Source: Trichinella spiralis
Taxonomy: Eukaryota
Reading direction: 5' to 3'
Assembly (NCBI RefSeq): GCF_000181795.1
Contig: NW_003526944.1
Location: 1-64,000, forward strand
Length of the DNA: 64,000 bases
Part shown: positions 1 through 14,300 of the stretch, in pieces
How positions within the stretch are numbered: the stretch's first letter is position 1
How the letters are laid out: every line of letters starts with the position of its first letter
The notes under the pieces: generated by a model
Database searches by the model: none
Told to the model about the DNA's origin: nothing
Seen by the model: only the letters and a program-made list of their open reading frames with translations
Program-made: the position numbers and the translations under genes

Positions 1-1982
1 GTATTTAAGGGCAAAATGAATATTGGGTTTAAAAAAATCTGAAAACCGATCAGTTTCGATCCCAAGGCATAATATAGGGGTTATGTTTCTGAATGCCAAC
101 ATTTATCTCAATAATTACTCATTAATTTTATGTGAAATACAATTTTCATTAAATAAGTAATGCAGGAAAATGAAAATGCTTAAGTAATAGTGAAATAAGT
201 CGCTCTCGCAATGTTAATGATAAGGCTCGTTTGTTTGCTGAAGAATTTTTGCATATTGATGACAATGCAATAACGTGATCTGTTACCAGGCAACGTGATG
301 ACGTCATCAATAGATTTCTTTTTTATAGTTTACGGTGCAAACACCGTATCGCAACAGCGAAAGTTTTTTTTTGTATTCAGACAGAAAAACAATTTACTCA
401 ACATATTTATGAGTCGTAACCGCAAAGTACTTGACAACAGCAGCGCCTCTTTAATATTACAGTGTCTTCAAAAAGAAAATATGTTAAGGAAGGAAGATTT
501 TTATGTTCGTAAATTAATAACTTTAGAAAAGTTACAATATTGGCATTTTAATGTCACGCTTCTCAGGTAAACTCAATTTAAAGTATACGCTTTGGTGTAT
601 GAATGAAAATGATAAAGCTGTGACCAGAATTAACAATTATGGTTTTGGTGAATTAATTCATGCGTAATTTTAGAGAATGAGAAAGCCGAAATGCGTAAAA
701 ATGGAACCTTGAAATGATTCTGTTTTTCGCAAGCTTAATTAAGTAGGAGGCAATACATTATAATAAAAATTATTGCATCGTCAACGTGAAAATCAATGCT
801 CAGAAATGGGTCTTTTGCGCTGTGATTTGAAAATCACCAAGTAGTTCCATAACTGAGATGAAAAAGGAATTTCTCATAATTCGTCGATTATTTATTTTAG
901 TAATAATTAATTAAGGTTCCACTTACCGTGTTACGTTTACTGATTGTTGGGGAAGTTTACACGAAGATTGACTTTTTGCTACTTTATGCGCACAATACAC
1001 TTGTTTGATGACGCCTGCGAACGAAGAAAGAGCAACAACTTGGCACGCTGCCAACTGCTCACTGACCATCATGAGCGTAGCAATTTCTATTTAATGATGT
1101 CTCCTTTTGTTTACATTAGGCTACTGTTGCTCTTATCTAATGCACTTGCGGCGCAAAATTATTCAAATTTTTCTCACCATAGTATTACTGCGGTAGTTTT
1201 ATTTTAGAAACAGCCAAGTGAGATTTTCATGTTTATAGATGTTCGTAATCATAATGGCAAGCTTATTTCCAGACATTTCTTTTCTGAATTGTAAACGAGC
1301 GTTTTACATATGATAGCAATGTTTACAAATTACATGTTTTGATATTTCATTTCATTGACTTCTTCATAAATAAAAAGAATGTTTCATAAGACATTTTACA
1401 CATTTCTATTAATATTTAAATATGCAAAGATATCATTAATTTTTTTCAGATCGTGAGTTTTAACTTGCAGTGCAATGCATTTTTCATAGAATTTCAAGAT
1501 ATATTTTCATTTAAATAAAGACCAAATAATATACATTGCATTTCTACGTTGAACATAACACAGCTCCAAAATGGTGATCCCTTGCTTCATTTTACTATAT
1601 AAATGTAACCTATTCATCTGGATTTGAAAGACTTTACTTATAATTAGGATCAATTTTGTTTCATATTAACAGAACAGTAATTAAATAATATTTGCTATTC
1701 AATTTCATTACAAACATCATTTTCAAATAATAAGAAATATTCAGCAACACAGAATGAGAATGAAATTTGGTGAAATTAAATCTTCATTTGCTTACAAATA
1801 AAATTTAATTTTGCCGTTGATGAACTACAGTTTCTTGATTGTTCTCAATTGAAAGTTTGAACATTGAACATCACTTTATCTTTATCTTCTTTCCCACTTT
1901 GAACACAAATTTTAAGTAATATCACATATATTGTTTACAGCAGAAAATTTGCTGTTGCACGTTGCATTATCTTTTGCTAACA

Positions 1983-4900
1983 TCAATAAAAATAAAATGT
2001 GGATTCATATCCACTAGAAGTAGTGCTTTCAGCGGCAGAGCAAGCAGAGCTTCCTAATGAATTACAATGGTTTTCTATGTTGTCCTGGTTATAGAAATTT
2101 CTTGGCTAAAATAGACCACAATATATGAGTAAATCTTCAATTTCAAATAATAGATTATGCCAACCTTTAAATCGTCAGGTGAAACAGAATCGTGATCTTT
2201 CTCCACTTCCAATAATGAACAAAGGGGATTGGACGGACTACCAATTTTTGAAACTGTAAAGCAAAAAACACGTAAGCAACAATGATGAAAACATTGATAA
2301 AGTTACATACGTCGGCCAGTGTAGAATGGCTTCAGATTTAAAAACGTTGGACGTGCTGAAAGAAACATATATTAATTCATCTTTTCTTGAATTTAAGATT
2401 TTCAAAATTACAGAAACGCAGAAAATTGATATGCAGATATAACAGAAAAATTAGGCTAATCAATTGGTTAAAAAATAATGGTTATGAAAATTTTGTTGCC
2501 TCCAGAGAAAACTTTTATATTTTTATTAAAAATCATACATTAACAATACATTAAAATACATTTTCATTTCAAAAATTTTTCAAAAATAGTTTATAGTTTC
2601 ATTGCAATACCTGGATTATTTGAAAATATCCGCTTGTCTCCAATGCCTGCTGATGACACTGCATTGTCGGTATTTTTCAGTGTAGGCTAAAGGGATATTC
2701 ATTATTACACAGCATTATAATTTACAATCCGCCATAACATTAAAAATGTCAGAAAGGAAATGAATTTTGATTAGATGTTGATATATGATTGTTCAAATGA
2801 TAAACTGCCTTCAAACTGCACAAATAATACAATCGTCTTTCAATTTAAATGACATATCTAAGATAGACAATTATTCATTAAATATTATTGAAATTCATGG
2901 CTAATGTAAATTGCAATAATACTGCCGAAAAGAAAAAAATTAAACTTTTATTATGATTTAAAAAAATTTACATACTGAAATCACGTTTGAATATTCCATC
3001 TTTCGGTGGTCAGTCTGCTTCAGAATTTCACGAATGGCAACCTCCTAAATTGTAGTTATTAATGTTACATTTAGAATGAGCCAGGATTTTAACGTGCTTA
3101 AATTTATTGCAATATATATTACCTGTCTCAAGCGATCTAATGCTAACAGACTTTCGACCTCTAAAATACCAGTAGTATATTTTTCAATATATGAATTTCC
3201 AACATCCAATAAATGGTCATCGTTTCGCGCTGCTACAAGTGCTAGTGATGCATTTGCTTCGGCACTGCAACTTCCTCTTGGCAGATGTGCAACCACATCA
3301 TAATATAATCCAGTACCATGACACACTCCCTAATGTAATTTATTTCAATGAATACATAGCACATTTAAAACATGCATTGAAATAATAATTGGCATTGATA
3401 AAATGATTCATTAAATTTTATAAATCTATCACCTGCATGAATACATTAGAGATTTTCATAAAATATTATAAATGGAATAAATTAAAAATAACAGTGTAAT
3501 TTTTATCGACAAGTCAAAGAAAAAAGAACATGATCAATATTCACCTGTGCATGAAATTTGCGTAGCCATCGTCCAGGTAGTGAAGGTGGCCGGCTCAAAC
3601 TGAGGCAGATTCGTTTCCGTAAAATAACATTCATTACAGTTGGATGTGAAATAAGGACCTGAACTCGAACAATGGCGTAGATGTGCTCGTTTGCTGAAAG
3701 ACGATTTAAATTGACACAATCATGAACAGAACTGTCCCAACTTGCGAATGTTGCTATTTCATTTGCTAACTCCTCAGAAGATAAAATTGGTAATTGGACC
3801 ATCAGCGTATCAAGTTCCATCGACAAGACGGATTTAGCGCCTGGGACAACAACAGAAGGCGTGTTCTGTAGTAGGTCCAAAAAAATAACAGGAATATGAT
3901 CCTCAAAGCCAAAAGGAACTGAACCACCTTCAGCTGGTGCACCAGGCATGAATGTGTTTGGTTCAGGTGCGCAAACAGCATTTCTTTCTTCTGTCAAAAA
4001 CAGCCATTGATCGATTAAAGATTTCTCTCTTTCTTTATCAGCATCTGATTTAAACTGCTGATTAGCTAATAAATTTATTTGTTCGTTTAAGTAATCTCGC
4101 CGTTGCTCAAGTGCAGCAAGCCATCGTTGTCTTAGTTCAACAAGATCATATTCTTGATATGAATCCAATGCAGGATCGTTGCAAACGCACACACTTCCTA
4201 TTGAAACAGACGATACAGTTTGCATTACCAGCGGAAGTAGACCGCAATTTGAAATTGGACTCAGCCGAATCAACAAACGTCTTTGCTGACCTGGACGAAT
4301 GTTATAAACGCCTCCAGTTGAGCAATCTGAACATTTGGTCACTGGTACCGGTGTATATATTCCTTGTTCGTTTAATTCGTGGATTTCAATCCAAAATTGT
4401 ATTCGACGCATCACTTCTGCCCAACGATTTTTCAACTTATCCATATTTTTACGCCTACATTCCATTACATGTATTGGTAATTGTGTATTGGGTAAAGTGG
4501 GGGATCGATGACCATATACTTGAACAGACAGTGCACCTTCAACAAGATACTCATACATTTCTTCATTTACAATAAACTGCACGTCTCTTTGATGGTCAAA
4601 CCGAAACACCATCGCCTGTGGGCGATAAACAGTATTCAGTGGCAATGTCTCAGGATTAAAAGCAGGTGTCACTGTAGTTGCTTCTGATTCTTGACCAAAG
4701 CGATATTGGCAAAAGACAAAGTTTGAGAAAGCCTCAGGCAAACCACATACTTTCTTTATTATCAACTAAAGTAAGCAACATAAATTAAGATTATTTTGGA
4801 ATTGTTGTTAAAAGAAATAATGTTTTATAATTCCAGAATTCTACGGTACATACACGAAATATTATTTTCCGTCCTAGAAACGCATTCATGGGGATCTTGT

Positions 4901-7900
4901 TTAAATCTAAGACTGTCTTACATCCAGCACATGTTTCATCAAATGTACTTGAAATTATTTTCTCAGGATCAGTAAAATCTTCTATTTTCAGACGATACAA
5001 TTCTATATGCAGTCGACCAGAAACCTTCAAATTTAAAAATGCACAAAAATATTATACACTGATTTCATACCTCTCCTTGCTGACTGATAATAGGAACATG
5101 ATAATTCAATTTAACATCATAAAACAGAACTTCAAGGAACACATTCGCCACTCCAATCAAATATTGCGCATCAAAGGAATCAAAAAAATGATTTGCAAAT
5201 TTCTCATTGAACACGGCCTACATTTAAAATTACATTCAAAGGGAATTTGAACCGAACGGAAAAAACATACTTCGTTTGCATTTTTATTCGTAGCATTTTG
5301 GTTGTACAAATCTCGCATAACAATAAGCTTATTTTCCAACTTCTCTACTGCCCAAATCTGATTTCGCTTTCCCTGTTGAACAAGTACAGCTGGTTCACAT
5401 ATGAACGTACTTTGCTAAAAGTGTTATGTGATAAATTTCGATATTAATGCGCATATATAATTATTGATTATCTTACGCAAATTTTTCTTGGATTCAAATT
5501 TTCTGCAGGTATTTGCAGCGTAACGCTAAATTTGGTTTCCTTGTGCAACATCGAAGCAAGGAGATTCGCTTCTCGAACAAGTTTATTAACACCAATTAAA
5601 TTTTCTTTCAATTTTGCCATGCTCATACGAAATACATCTTCTCTTAAAAATTTATCATATGAACAAAAGTTTTCGAAAAGTTTAAAAAAAATAAATAACT
5701 AACCTGCCTGTAGCCCATTCCGTATAACGGGACTTTACGTATGAATTTGGTAATGAAGGTGTACAAGGAGTTAATAATAAACAGTTCGATTCACAACATG
5801 GTGTCAGTGGTGAGATACACTGATTCCGCAACGACTGCAATTGCTCTTCATATATTCGTCGTTGATTTTCCAAAGCAACTAACACAAAAAAAGATTTGAT
5901 ATACATTTAATGAAATACTCAATCTTGAACTGAACCATAACATTAAGATTGACTATTTCATGTGGCTTCATGTGAATATTGTACAACTACCATTTTACTG
6001 AGGCAAGCTAGTTTAAAAATTTACCTTGCTTGTCTTTCAAATGATGACGTTCAAGTTTTGATAAAGCAATTGCAAGAGGAGTATCACGCAATTCTTTGTA
6101 CATTACTTCTTCCTCAGCAAAACCATAATCAAATACAGCAGATGCATCCTTATCTTTTTGAATACTTCCTTAAGATTAATTCAGTATTTTTAATAATCAA
6201 AACAACTCCTTGCAAACCAATTATCGAAGGACAATTGACACGAAAAAAGTGGTTATGACCAAGCAAAAGTCGATCACCATGATGAAGTTGAGTTTTGGAA
6301 AAAATTTCACAACCGTTCACGCATGTTCTACATCACGTGGGAATAAAGCTGCTATTATTATAATTATTTAATTTATTGTCTCACCTAGCACCATACATTG
6401 GCTGAATATAAAGCAATTCCTGTTCTATATCTATTACTGCATGTCGTGGCATTATTCCAATACCTTGTAATTGTATATCAGGATCTGCAGCACCACCTGG
6501 AAGGCCAATAATATTGCTTTTCTAAAAACGTGAAGTTCTAAATAAACAAATAAATAAGTACCCACTAATAAAAAAAGAACCTTCAAATAATATATGAGCA
6601 ACTCATTCATTGATGGATCAGCGTTCAGGTTAACCAAATAAAACTTATCCGTCTGCACACGAATACCTGAAGCTTGGACTGATACGCCCATTTTTTCGAA
6701 AGCGGTCTGTCGTTCCTGGTAAATCCGTTCTGTTTCACGAAGCCTTTCTTCCCAAGAACAATTCATCTGGCGCATCATTTTTTCAGCTGCTTCTAATTTT
6801 TCTTGCACGTCTTCATTAACACCAAGCCGACAAAGCTTGGAACGCAACAATGCTACTTCTTCTTTAAGCTGTCGAACCAATTTCGCATTGGGATCTTCAT
6901 TCACCACTGGATGATTCACAATACGTTTTGCACGGTCTGCAAAACGTAACGTTGACATTGTCTCCTCATAACTATCCGATGATGGGCTCACTGTAGCAAT
7001 CATTACGGTTCGACTGTTTCCACCCAAACAATCCTGAAATAGGATTGAAAATTTTCACAACAATGATTATGCTTCACAAGAAATCCAATTTCACTTTCAA
7101 CAGCCACGTTAACACGGAATCTCTGTAGGGTGCAAATTTTGTTTTAATGGACTTTTTCGAACGGGATGTTTCAGCTAACGCTGATATTACCAAACCAAGT
7201 GTCGTAAGAGATCTAAAGTTAAATCAAATCTGAAGTCTAATTTTCAGTTACCAATATCATCAACAACATGTGCCAAATTCTTGCTAAGTACTTGTTAATA
7301 TTTGAGCCTTCTTTAAGACGTTCACCTTTAGCACCTGACTTTCTAGCACTTTCACTTCCAGCCAAGTCAACGAGACTTATCTTGCTTGCTTTTTCAGTGA
7401 CAACATTTTTGACTTTATCCAATTTACTCTGGGTAACTCGGATACAAATATTGGCGTGTGAACGGCTACTTTCTGCATTTATACTTGTAGCTGCTACTGT
7501 TCGAAGCTTGTTTCCTTCTTCAATAAGTGCCAAGAATTGCTAAAAGTAAGTCATACATTTTATGTACATATCAGCAAGAAGGTGATTTGTAAGCTACAGC
7601 CTTAGAAGAAACAGCTAAGTTTGACAAGCCATCAACATAAGGTCCCAATATAGCATGCTCACGAACTTTCAAATTGGATTTTGTACTAAAAATTTCAAAC
7701 TCCAAAATAAAAGAGGGCTAAATTAATTTTGAATTCAAACGGCTCACCTATTCGGGTCGAGTAAATCGCGTACTTTTTCATTGTATATTTCAAAATATGA
7801 AACTTCCACTTTAAACGTTACATCTTGACGGTGTTCATCTATACGCCGAAATAGTTCAATGCACAATCGAGGAATTAAACCTGGTTGTTCTTTAGTACCC

Positions 7901-8089
7901 ATCATGGTGTAAGACTTTCCAGAACCTATGATGTAAATGGTACGTTTGAAATATTTCCTTAATACTTCTAAAAATAAAGCAATAACAAATACACATATGA
8001 AAAAAACAAAATCACACAAATACTATGAACAGATTTCGACTTCATAAGCAAATAAGTCGATAATTATTAAAATTATTGAAGAATAATTT

Positions 8090-8128
<39 letters not shown>

Positions 8129-11100
8129 TTGATTAAAGTGGAGAATTAATTTGTAAAACGTAATGTCAAAGATGCAAGAAAGTAGCAGACTGTGTTTCGA
8201 ATTTAGACAAAATTTTTTACAAGGTCTCCAAATTGACTCCACAATTGCATGAGTTCTTTTCTATGAATGGTAATTACATATCAGCAATTGACATTCTGGC
8301 GTATGTGCACACTGAAAGTCACGCTGCAGCTGTAATTCTGCATTTCCAGCAGTGATTAGGGCTGAATATATACATTGCATCAGGAGAGTTAACGCCACTC
8401 TAAGGAATTTTACAAATTGTTCCTTCTGATGATTCGTGAATAACAAGCGAAATCATGGAGGCGTTGTTAAAAAAATGCGTTTTCATAACATTTCTATCCG
8501 CCAGTGTGTTGATCATTTTCACAGGAGAATGATGAAACACAGTTTTCAAATTTGTATTGCTCCTTTTTAACATTTCATTGTATAAGAAAAAAAGACTAAA
8601 ATAAATTCATACCCGTTTGTCCATATGCAAATATGCATGCATTGTAGCCCATGAAAACATCGTCCAACAGATCATGACCAACATCATTGAAAACATCTTC
8701 TTGACCTAATATAACAAATGTTTTTATTACTTATAAAATAATAAATGAATTTCACAGTACTCTTGTATTCTTTGTCTGTATTTCGGAATGACCAGAAACA
8801 ATTATCATAAGTAAAAGTGTTCGTTTTCCTAAATAAAATATTAATTATTCAAGTAACATTTGTATAACATTATAACATTAAACTCTACGACTAAACAATT
8901 TATACATATAGTGTGAATAATATGTAAAATAGACGGCCATACGTCCGGAATAGAACGTCAAAATTTTATACACTTCACGTTTGGAGTAGAAAATACCCGC
9001 AAGGTCGAATTATATACATATTGCCAAAAAAGGATCAGAAGGTTAGTATACATAAGCTTCATCAATGAAAACTTTCATTATATTATTTCATTAGATTATG
9101 TAATATAAAATGAAATCAGATAACAGTAAAGTTAAAATAAAAAATAGTAAACATTTTCAGTTAACACTGACTTAAACGTGATGAATTTGTTTAAATTATA
9201 TGCGATTGTAAATAATATAGAATGATACTGCACCCCAAAGAAGGGCAGGAAAAGTAATGAAAAGATTTTAAAATATTTAAAAAATCGAATAATTATATTT
9301 CATAGAGAAATACATTTTGTTAATATCAAAAGAAAAATTACTCAGCTGCATTGTTGGTTAACGCAAAGCATTTACGCATATTTCCATCACCATGTCCACT
9401 AAAGAAGTAGTACTTCACTGAACTTAAACTTGGCATAGAGTTATCAATTAAACTTGAAAAACATATTCGTTTAAATGATTTTAACTGAAAATAATATTAT
9501 TACATGAATTCAGCTGCAGCATCATTTGAAGATATTAAACAGTATGATGAACAATACAAACAAATAACACAATTTTCTTTCATCACATGTCCACACTTCA
9601 ACTGTATGATAGTGAATTAATTATAAGTTCAAAAAGTTAATTAGAAAGTTGAGGCAAAAAAAATAAATGATTAATTTATTATTCGATTTCGCTTATAAAA
9701 AACTAGAAACGTATTTCAATGCGCTTGTAAATATTTATTCTTTGATTTGGAAATTGGTCAATTCAGTTACAGAAAAAAAATGCAAAGTGTGCTTTAACAT
9801 ATAACATCTGCTTAACAAGATTGGTTGATCAAATTTGGAATGCTTCACCAGTACGTATAATACTAAGTTTAATGTAAAGATGATCAGATTTTTCTAATGC
9901 AAATGCCCTAAAGAATTGGCTTGCTAATTTGCTCTTAGCGTGAAAAAATGGCAAATCCGACAGCAGAACAAGGAAAAATCAATATCATTGCGAATAAGAA
10001 AATTGCATTTGCCTTCCTTAAATGTAACTGCCCAATGAATGCTATTTGCAATCAGTATGTTCTGTTTTTCAGATCAGTTAAACAGAAATTTTTCAAAATC
10101 CTCCACTTTTAATCAATAATAGCACCACATTTCATCAATGACAATTACAAAAGAAAAAACTGATTTAATAATAAAGCAAAAAAATATACTCCCGTAAAAA
10201 TCATCTATATATCTTCCAAATTACCAACGCCTTGTGCCAAAATACCTGACTAATTTTGCTACTTTCATTTTTTTAACCCACATAACCAACCAACAAGCTA
10301 TCTACAAGTATACTGATTGTTTCTCTTTTTGTAATACTAATATTAATATTATTTTCGTACATTTGATATACATAATTTCATTTACAATATTTTCCTTAAT
10401 CAACAACTAGCATCATTTCCAATAATTCGAGGATTTAATACGGGACTTTAATAATAACAAAAATAGTTGTTCCATCAATAATTTTCGTCAGCTAATATTC
10501 CAAAAAAATGAAATTTTTTTTGTTAAATAAAACTTACATTTTCGAAATTTGCATGTTTTCATCTTTCATTTATTTATTTACTTTTAAAAACATATTAAAA
10601 TTTCATTTGATATTGCAGCTGTTTCCAATTTTATTCATTTACATTGAAAATATTATTTCTAAATATTATTAAATCTACAGCTACATTAAACCTACTAGAA
10701 GAAAACACTAAGAGAATATTTAATAAATTATGAAATGAACGTACAAGATGTACGGTGTTCATCGCTATCAGCAATAACAACTGTATTTCTTTAAAATTCT
10801 AGCATAAGAAAACAGGAACTTTTTATAGCAAACGCATTAAAATAGAAAAAAAAATAAACATTTACCCATTATTTGTGGATCTTCTTATACTTATTCGGCA
10901 ATCATCGACACTTACAATACAATGCGTGTTCAGAAGTGCTTCTAAATTGTAGTATACAAAACATTAGAGAGTTTTCACAAAATTAATAACAAAAGCATAT
11001 TCAATTACACTATGCAAACATCAGAATACCGCAGTAATTTCAAATTGATAACAAAAATAATTATTTTCATTTTCTTACATTTCTCTCATAAAATTGATTA

Positions 11101-11313
11101 CTTTCTTATTTTTATAAGATTAACAACAATTTTGCACAATTCTGATCACCATTCAATACAGCATCATTACAACTTTGTTTCTTTAATATTTTGTATAAAA
11201 ATTTTTAAAGAACGATAAATGCAGATACAAAATAAAAAACAAGAAAATTTAATTATACCTTTTTTGCTCAATGGCCGTACACGAACAAAAACTTTAAGTT
11301 TGTCTTCTGCCAT
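1983..11313 (-). CDS. klp-4: Kinesin-3 motor, KIF13/Khc-73/KLP-4 type (multi-exon: motor, neck coil, FHA, KIF13 stalk)
   Basis: Spliced exons give [18 protein letters not shown] (11259-11313), [12 protein letters not shown] (~10866-10941), FTYDNCFW, P-loop [107 protein letters not shown], and stalk [13 protein letters not shown] and ASWDSSVH. The phase-consistent 3' exons (EVAIREIL.., ARPTFLNL..) end in TGA at 1983-1985. Confidence 0.9.
8093..8124. repeat. (AT)n microsatellite in kinesin intron
   Basis: Read directly from the sequence. Confidence 0.9.
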
Positions 11314-14300
11314 TTATTCAAAGTTTTCAAATCTGAACAAATATGAATGAAAAAGCAACGTATCTTTACTTTATTTTACTTTGTGAATGAACTCCTGAAG
11401 AGATATTGCTGCTTTGCTTCGCATGCACGCTCGTGTGGTATAATTCAATATAAATCCCGAGTGGCTCCGTCTAGTGATGGAAAATTAAAATGCTTTTATA
11501 ATTTTGGTAAACATCATTGTAGCAATTTTAACTTAAGCTTAAATGATTATAAAATTTTGATGGGAATGTTTTCAGGTTGCAACTTTCTATAATACAACAA
11601 AATTGGCATGATCTTGAATAACATTCACAATACACAGTATCATACATAGTACTTTGTTCTAGCGTTTAAAAATAGAACACATATAAAGATGAACAGTTAC
11701 AGGATGTCTGATAAAATACAAAAAGTACTGAATTCGTATTCAAAAAAAATAAACTGTTTTAAATAACATGTACATTTTATAAAACAGTATCTAAACTGGA
11801 AATTCAAATGCTTTAACGTAAGCGTTCAATTTGGAAATCACAATTGCTATTTCAAAAAGTGTTCTAACCATATTTCATGTCGTTATGAGTCCATGTTTGA
11901 TATATGTATAAGAATTCGATCAATTTTAGTCGGTAATCGATTTTAATTACAAACTAATAACTGAAAATACAAGCTTTCTATGAGCAGGTCAAAAGGGGAA
12001 CATTTAAACAATCTGAAAGTCATGCGACTTGAAACAGAATTGCACAGAGTTATCGCATTGGGATTAGTGAATAGACAAATCCATCATTTGATCAATAATA
12101 TGCGAAAATTAGGCACTGATCCCTCCTCAACTAAACTAGTAACTTCGATTTCATGACATCTTACTTTTCAAATAAGCTTTCTTTAAAGCCAATTTTGATA
12201 GCAAATTGAAGTCGCTAATTTTGCTTGTGATTTGATTCGATTGTTGCTACCAGTGCAAAGACTCATCAGGGCCAATGCAATTTGCAAAGAAATGAAATTT
12301 CTTCATCGCACTTCCTGGAAGAAAAATTCAATATTAAATTTTCTTTTATTTACAAAAAAATCATTTTACATTTAAATTTTTTAATATTAAAATTCCAAAT
12401 TGCTAGAAATCACCAATGAGCATTTAACAATAAGCCAGTAATATTATTCAAAAGGAATTGTTATTTCAGTAAAGCTATTAGCACTGGAGTCACACAAACC
12501 AACAGAACCTTCAAGTATGCACTCGCAGCTATTTTGATGATAAAAATAATCCATATCACCAATATCCATCTAAACCTCAAAATAACAAAAGTTTAAACAA
12601 GGAATGTCAGCAAACTTTTAATCAAACGCTATGAAAGATTTACAAAAACTTCGGGTAATTTAAGTTTTCAAATTTTATGAAACAAAAAGTTTTTTTTCCA
12701 TTCATAATTAAAAATAAGAATTAATACTGTTTGAAGACATACACTTAAATTAAAGCAAAAAAAATAGATTTGCTACTTCAATAAAAATTTTTTGCCCTAT
12801 AAAACATTCATGTCAAAATCAGAAGCACGAATGTGCGCAAACAATCTAAAATTCGCTAACAATCCCCAATAGCAATACAAAATTATTTCAAATTAATAGT
12901 AATAATAATAATAACAAAGACTGAAACTCAAACGTGCCTAATACAATATTAAACTTTTCTTAACTATAAAAGTGAAATTCAAGTAATACAGCTCGAAATC
13001 AACATGAAGTTTTGTGTGATTCAAGAATTTCTGCCATGCGCAGAATCATTGAGATTTTCATGAAAAGAAGTAGGCTTAAAATTCGGGAAACAATCTGAAA
13101 CAACACAGATTATTTACCATTTTGTACTGAAAACAGTAAAATAGAATGTTAATAATGTTTTACTCTGCAAGTGATAAACTGAATTTTGGGTTTTTTAACT
13201 ATCAATAAACAATGCATGTGATATCCGCATCATTCGTATAAATAGATTTTGTGGGTTGTACCATGCACAACCCTTACTGCTACTTATCGGTCAGAATGTT
13301 TTCTTCGCCAACGGCTGGCTTTGGATAACGCTCTAAAACAGAAACAAATACTCTTTTCAACAGATTTACTGAACAACAGCACATTCAGTTATACACAAAC
13401 TGAAAGCTTCCAAAATGATCGACTTCATTCTTCACGTACCATTGCATCCAAAATCGCTTAATGCTAGTTCATTTTCAATTCAATTCAATTCAGTAGAAAA
13501 GAGCATGATTTGGTAAAGCATAGTAACAACTGTGCATCTCATTCTTTATCAGAGTAAGAATTTAGAACAGCAGTTATTAAATGCAATAGAGTAATTTCAC
13601 CATACCTTTGAGTAAACAAATAGTAACTGATAATAACATTAATAAATATTACTAGATATAGGTAATTCCGTTTCAACTACAAGAATCAAAAGAAACAAAA
13701 TAATGGAGTGCTTCGCTATATTGCTAGTAAAATTTAAAAAATGTTCATAAAAAAATTTCCATCAATATGTTATATTCAAATCTATTTTAATATTTCAGCA
13801 GTTAAGAATAACTATAACGTTGCGAAACTAAACAAAAATTCAATAATTATAACAGGAACACAAGTTGAATGAAAATCTTACCCGAACCACCGAACAACAC
13901 AGTTTTTATCCTGCACAGCGTTCAATGATGCTTCATTATTATGGCTGCTCCTATTTATAAAATTATTTTAGATTTTAATGTAACGTGTTTTTATAAATAG
14001 TTTTCCCTACACAATGAATTAGTATTCTTCATAGAAGTGTCTGATAAATGACCATTAATGGAAATACCAATATTACGATTACATATTATAGGGGTACTGT
14101 CGTGAAAAGATAATCAAGAATTTTGTACTCATAATTGTTTGATTACTGCTTCAACATTTTTTCAGGTTGAATTTTGATTACTTAGTTAAATTTAAACTGA
14201 AAACTTCCCGATTTTTTATATGAAATGTAATAATAAAAAATTTTCATCAAAAATGGAAATGATGTATTTTTTTAATACTAGCAAAGACAGTACACGGTGC

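Noticed and set aside
4111..4575. Plus-strand ORFs antisense to real exons (also 7268, 22718, 38671, 45955)
   Set aside because: Shadow ORFs opposite conserved coding exons, with no independent motifs.
8931..8965. GACGGCCATAC resembles the 5' end of 5S rRNA
   Set aside because: The match is only ~10 nt, and the rest of 5S, including its internal control region, is not recognisable.
12255..12275. CTGATGAG on the minus strand (also ~18787) as a hammerhead ribozyme core
   Set aside because: No stem II closed by GAAA and no stem I/III pairing found.
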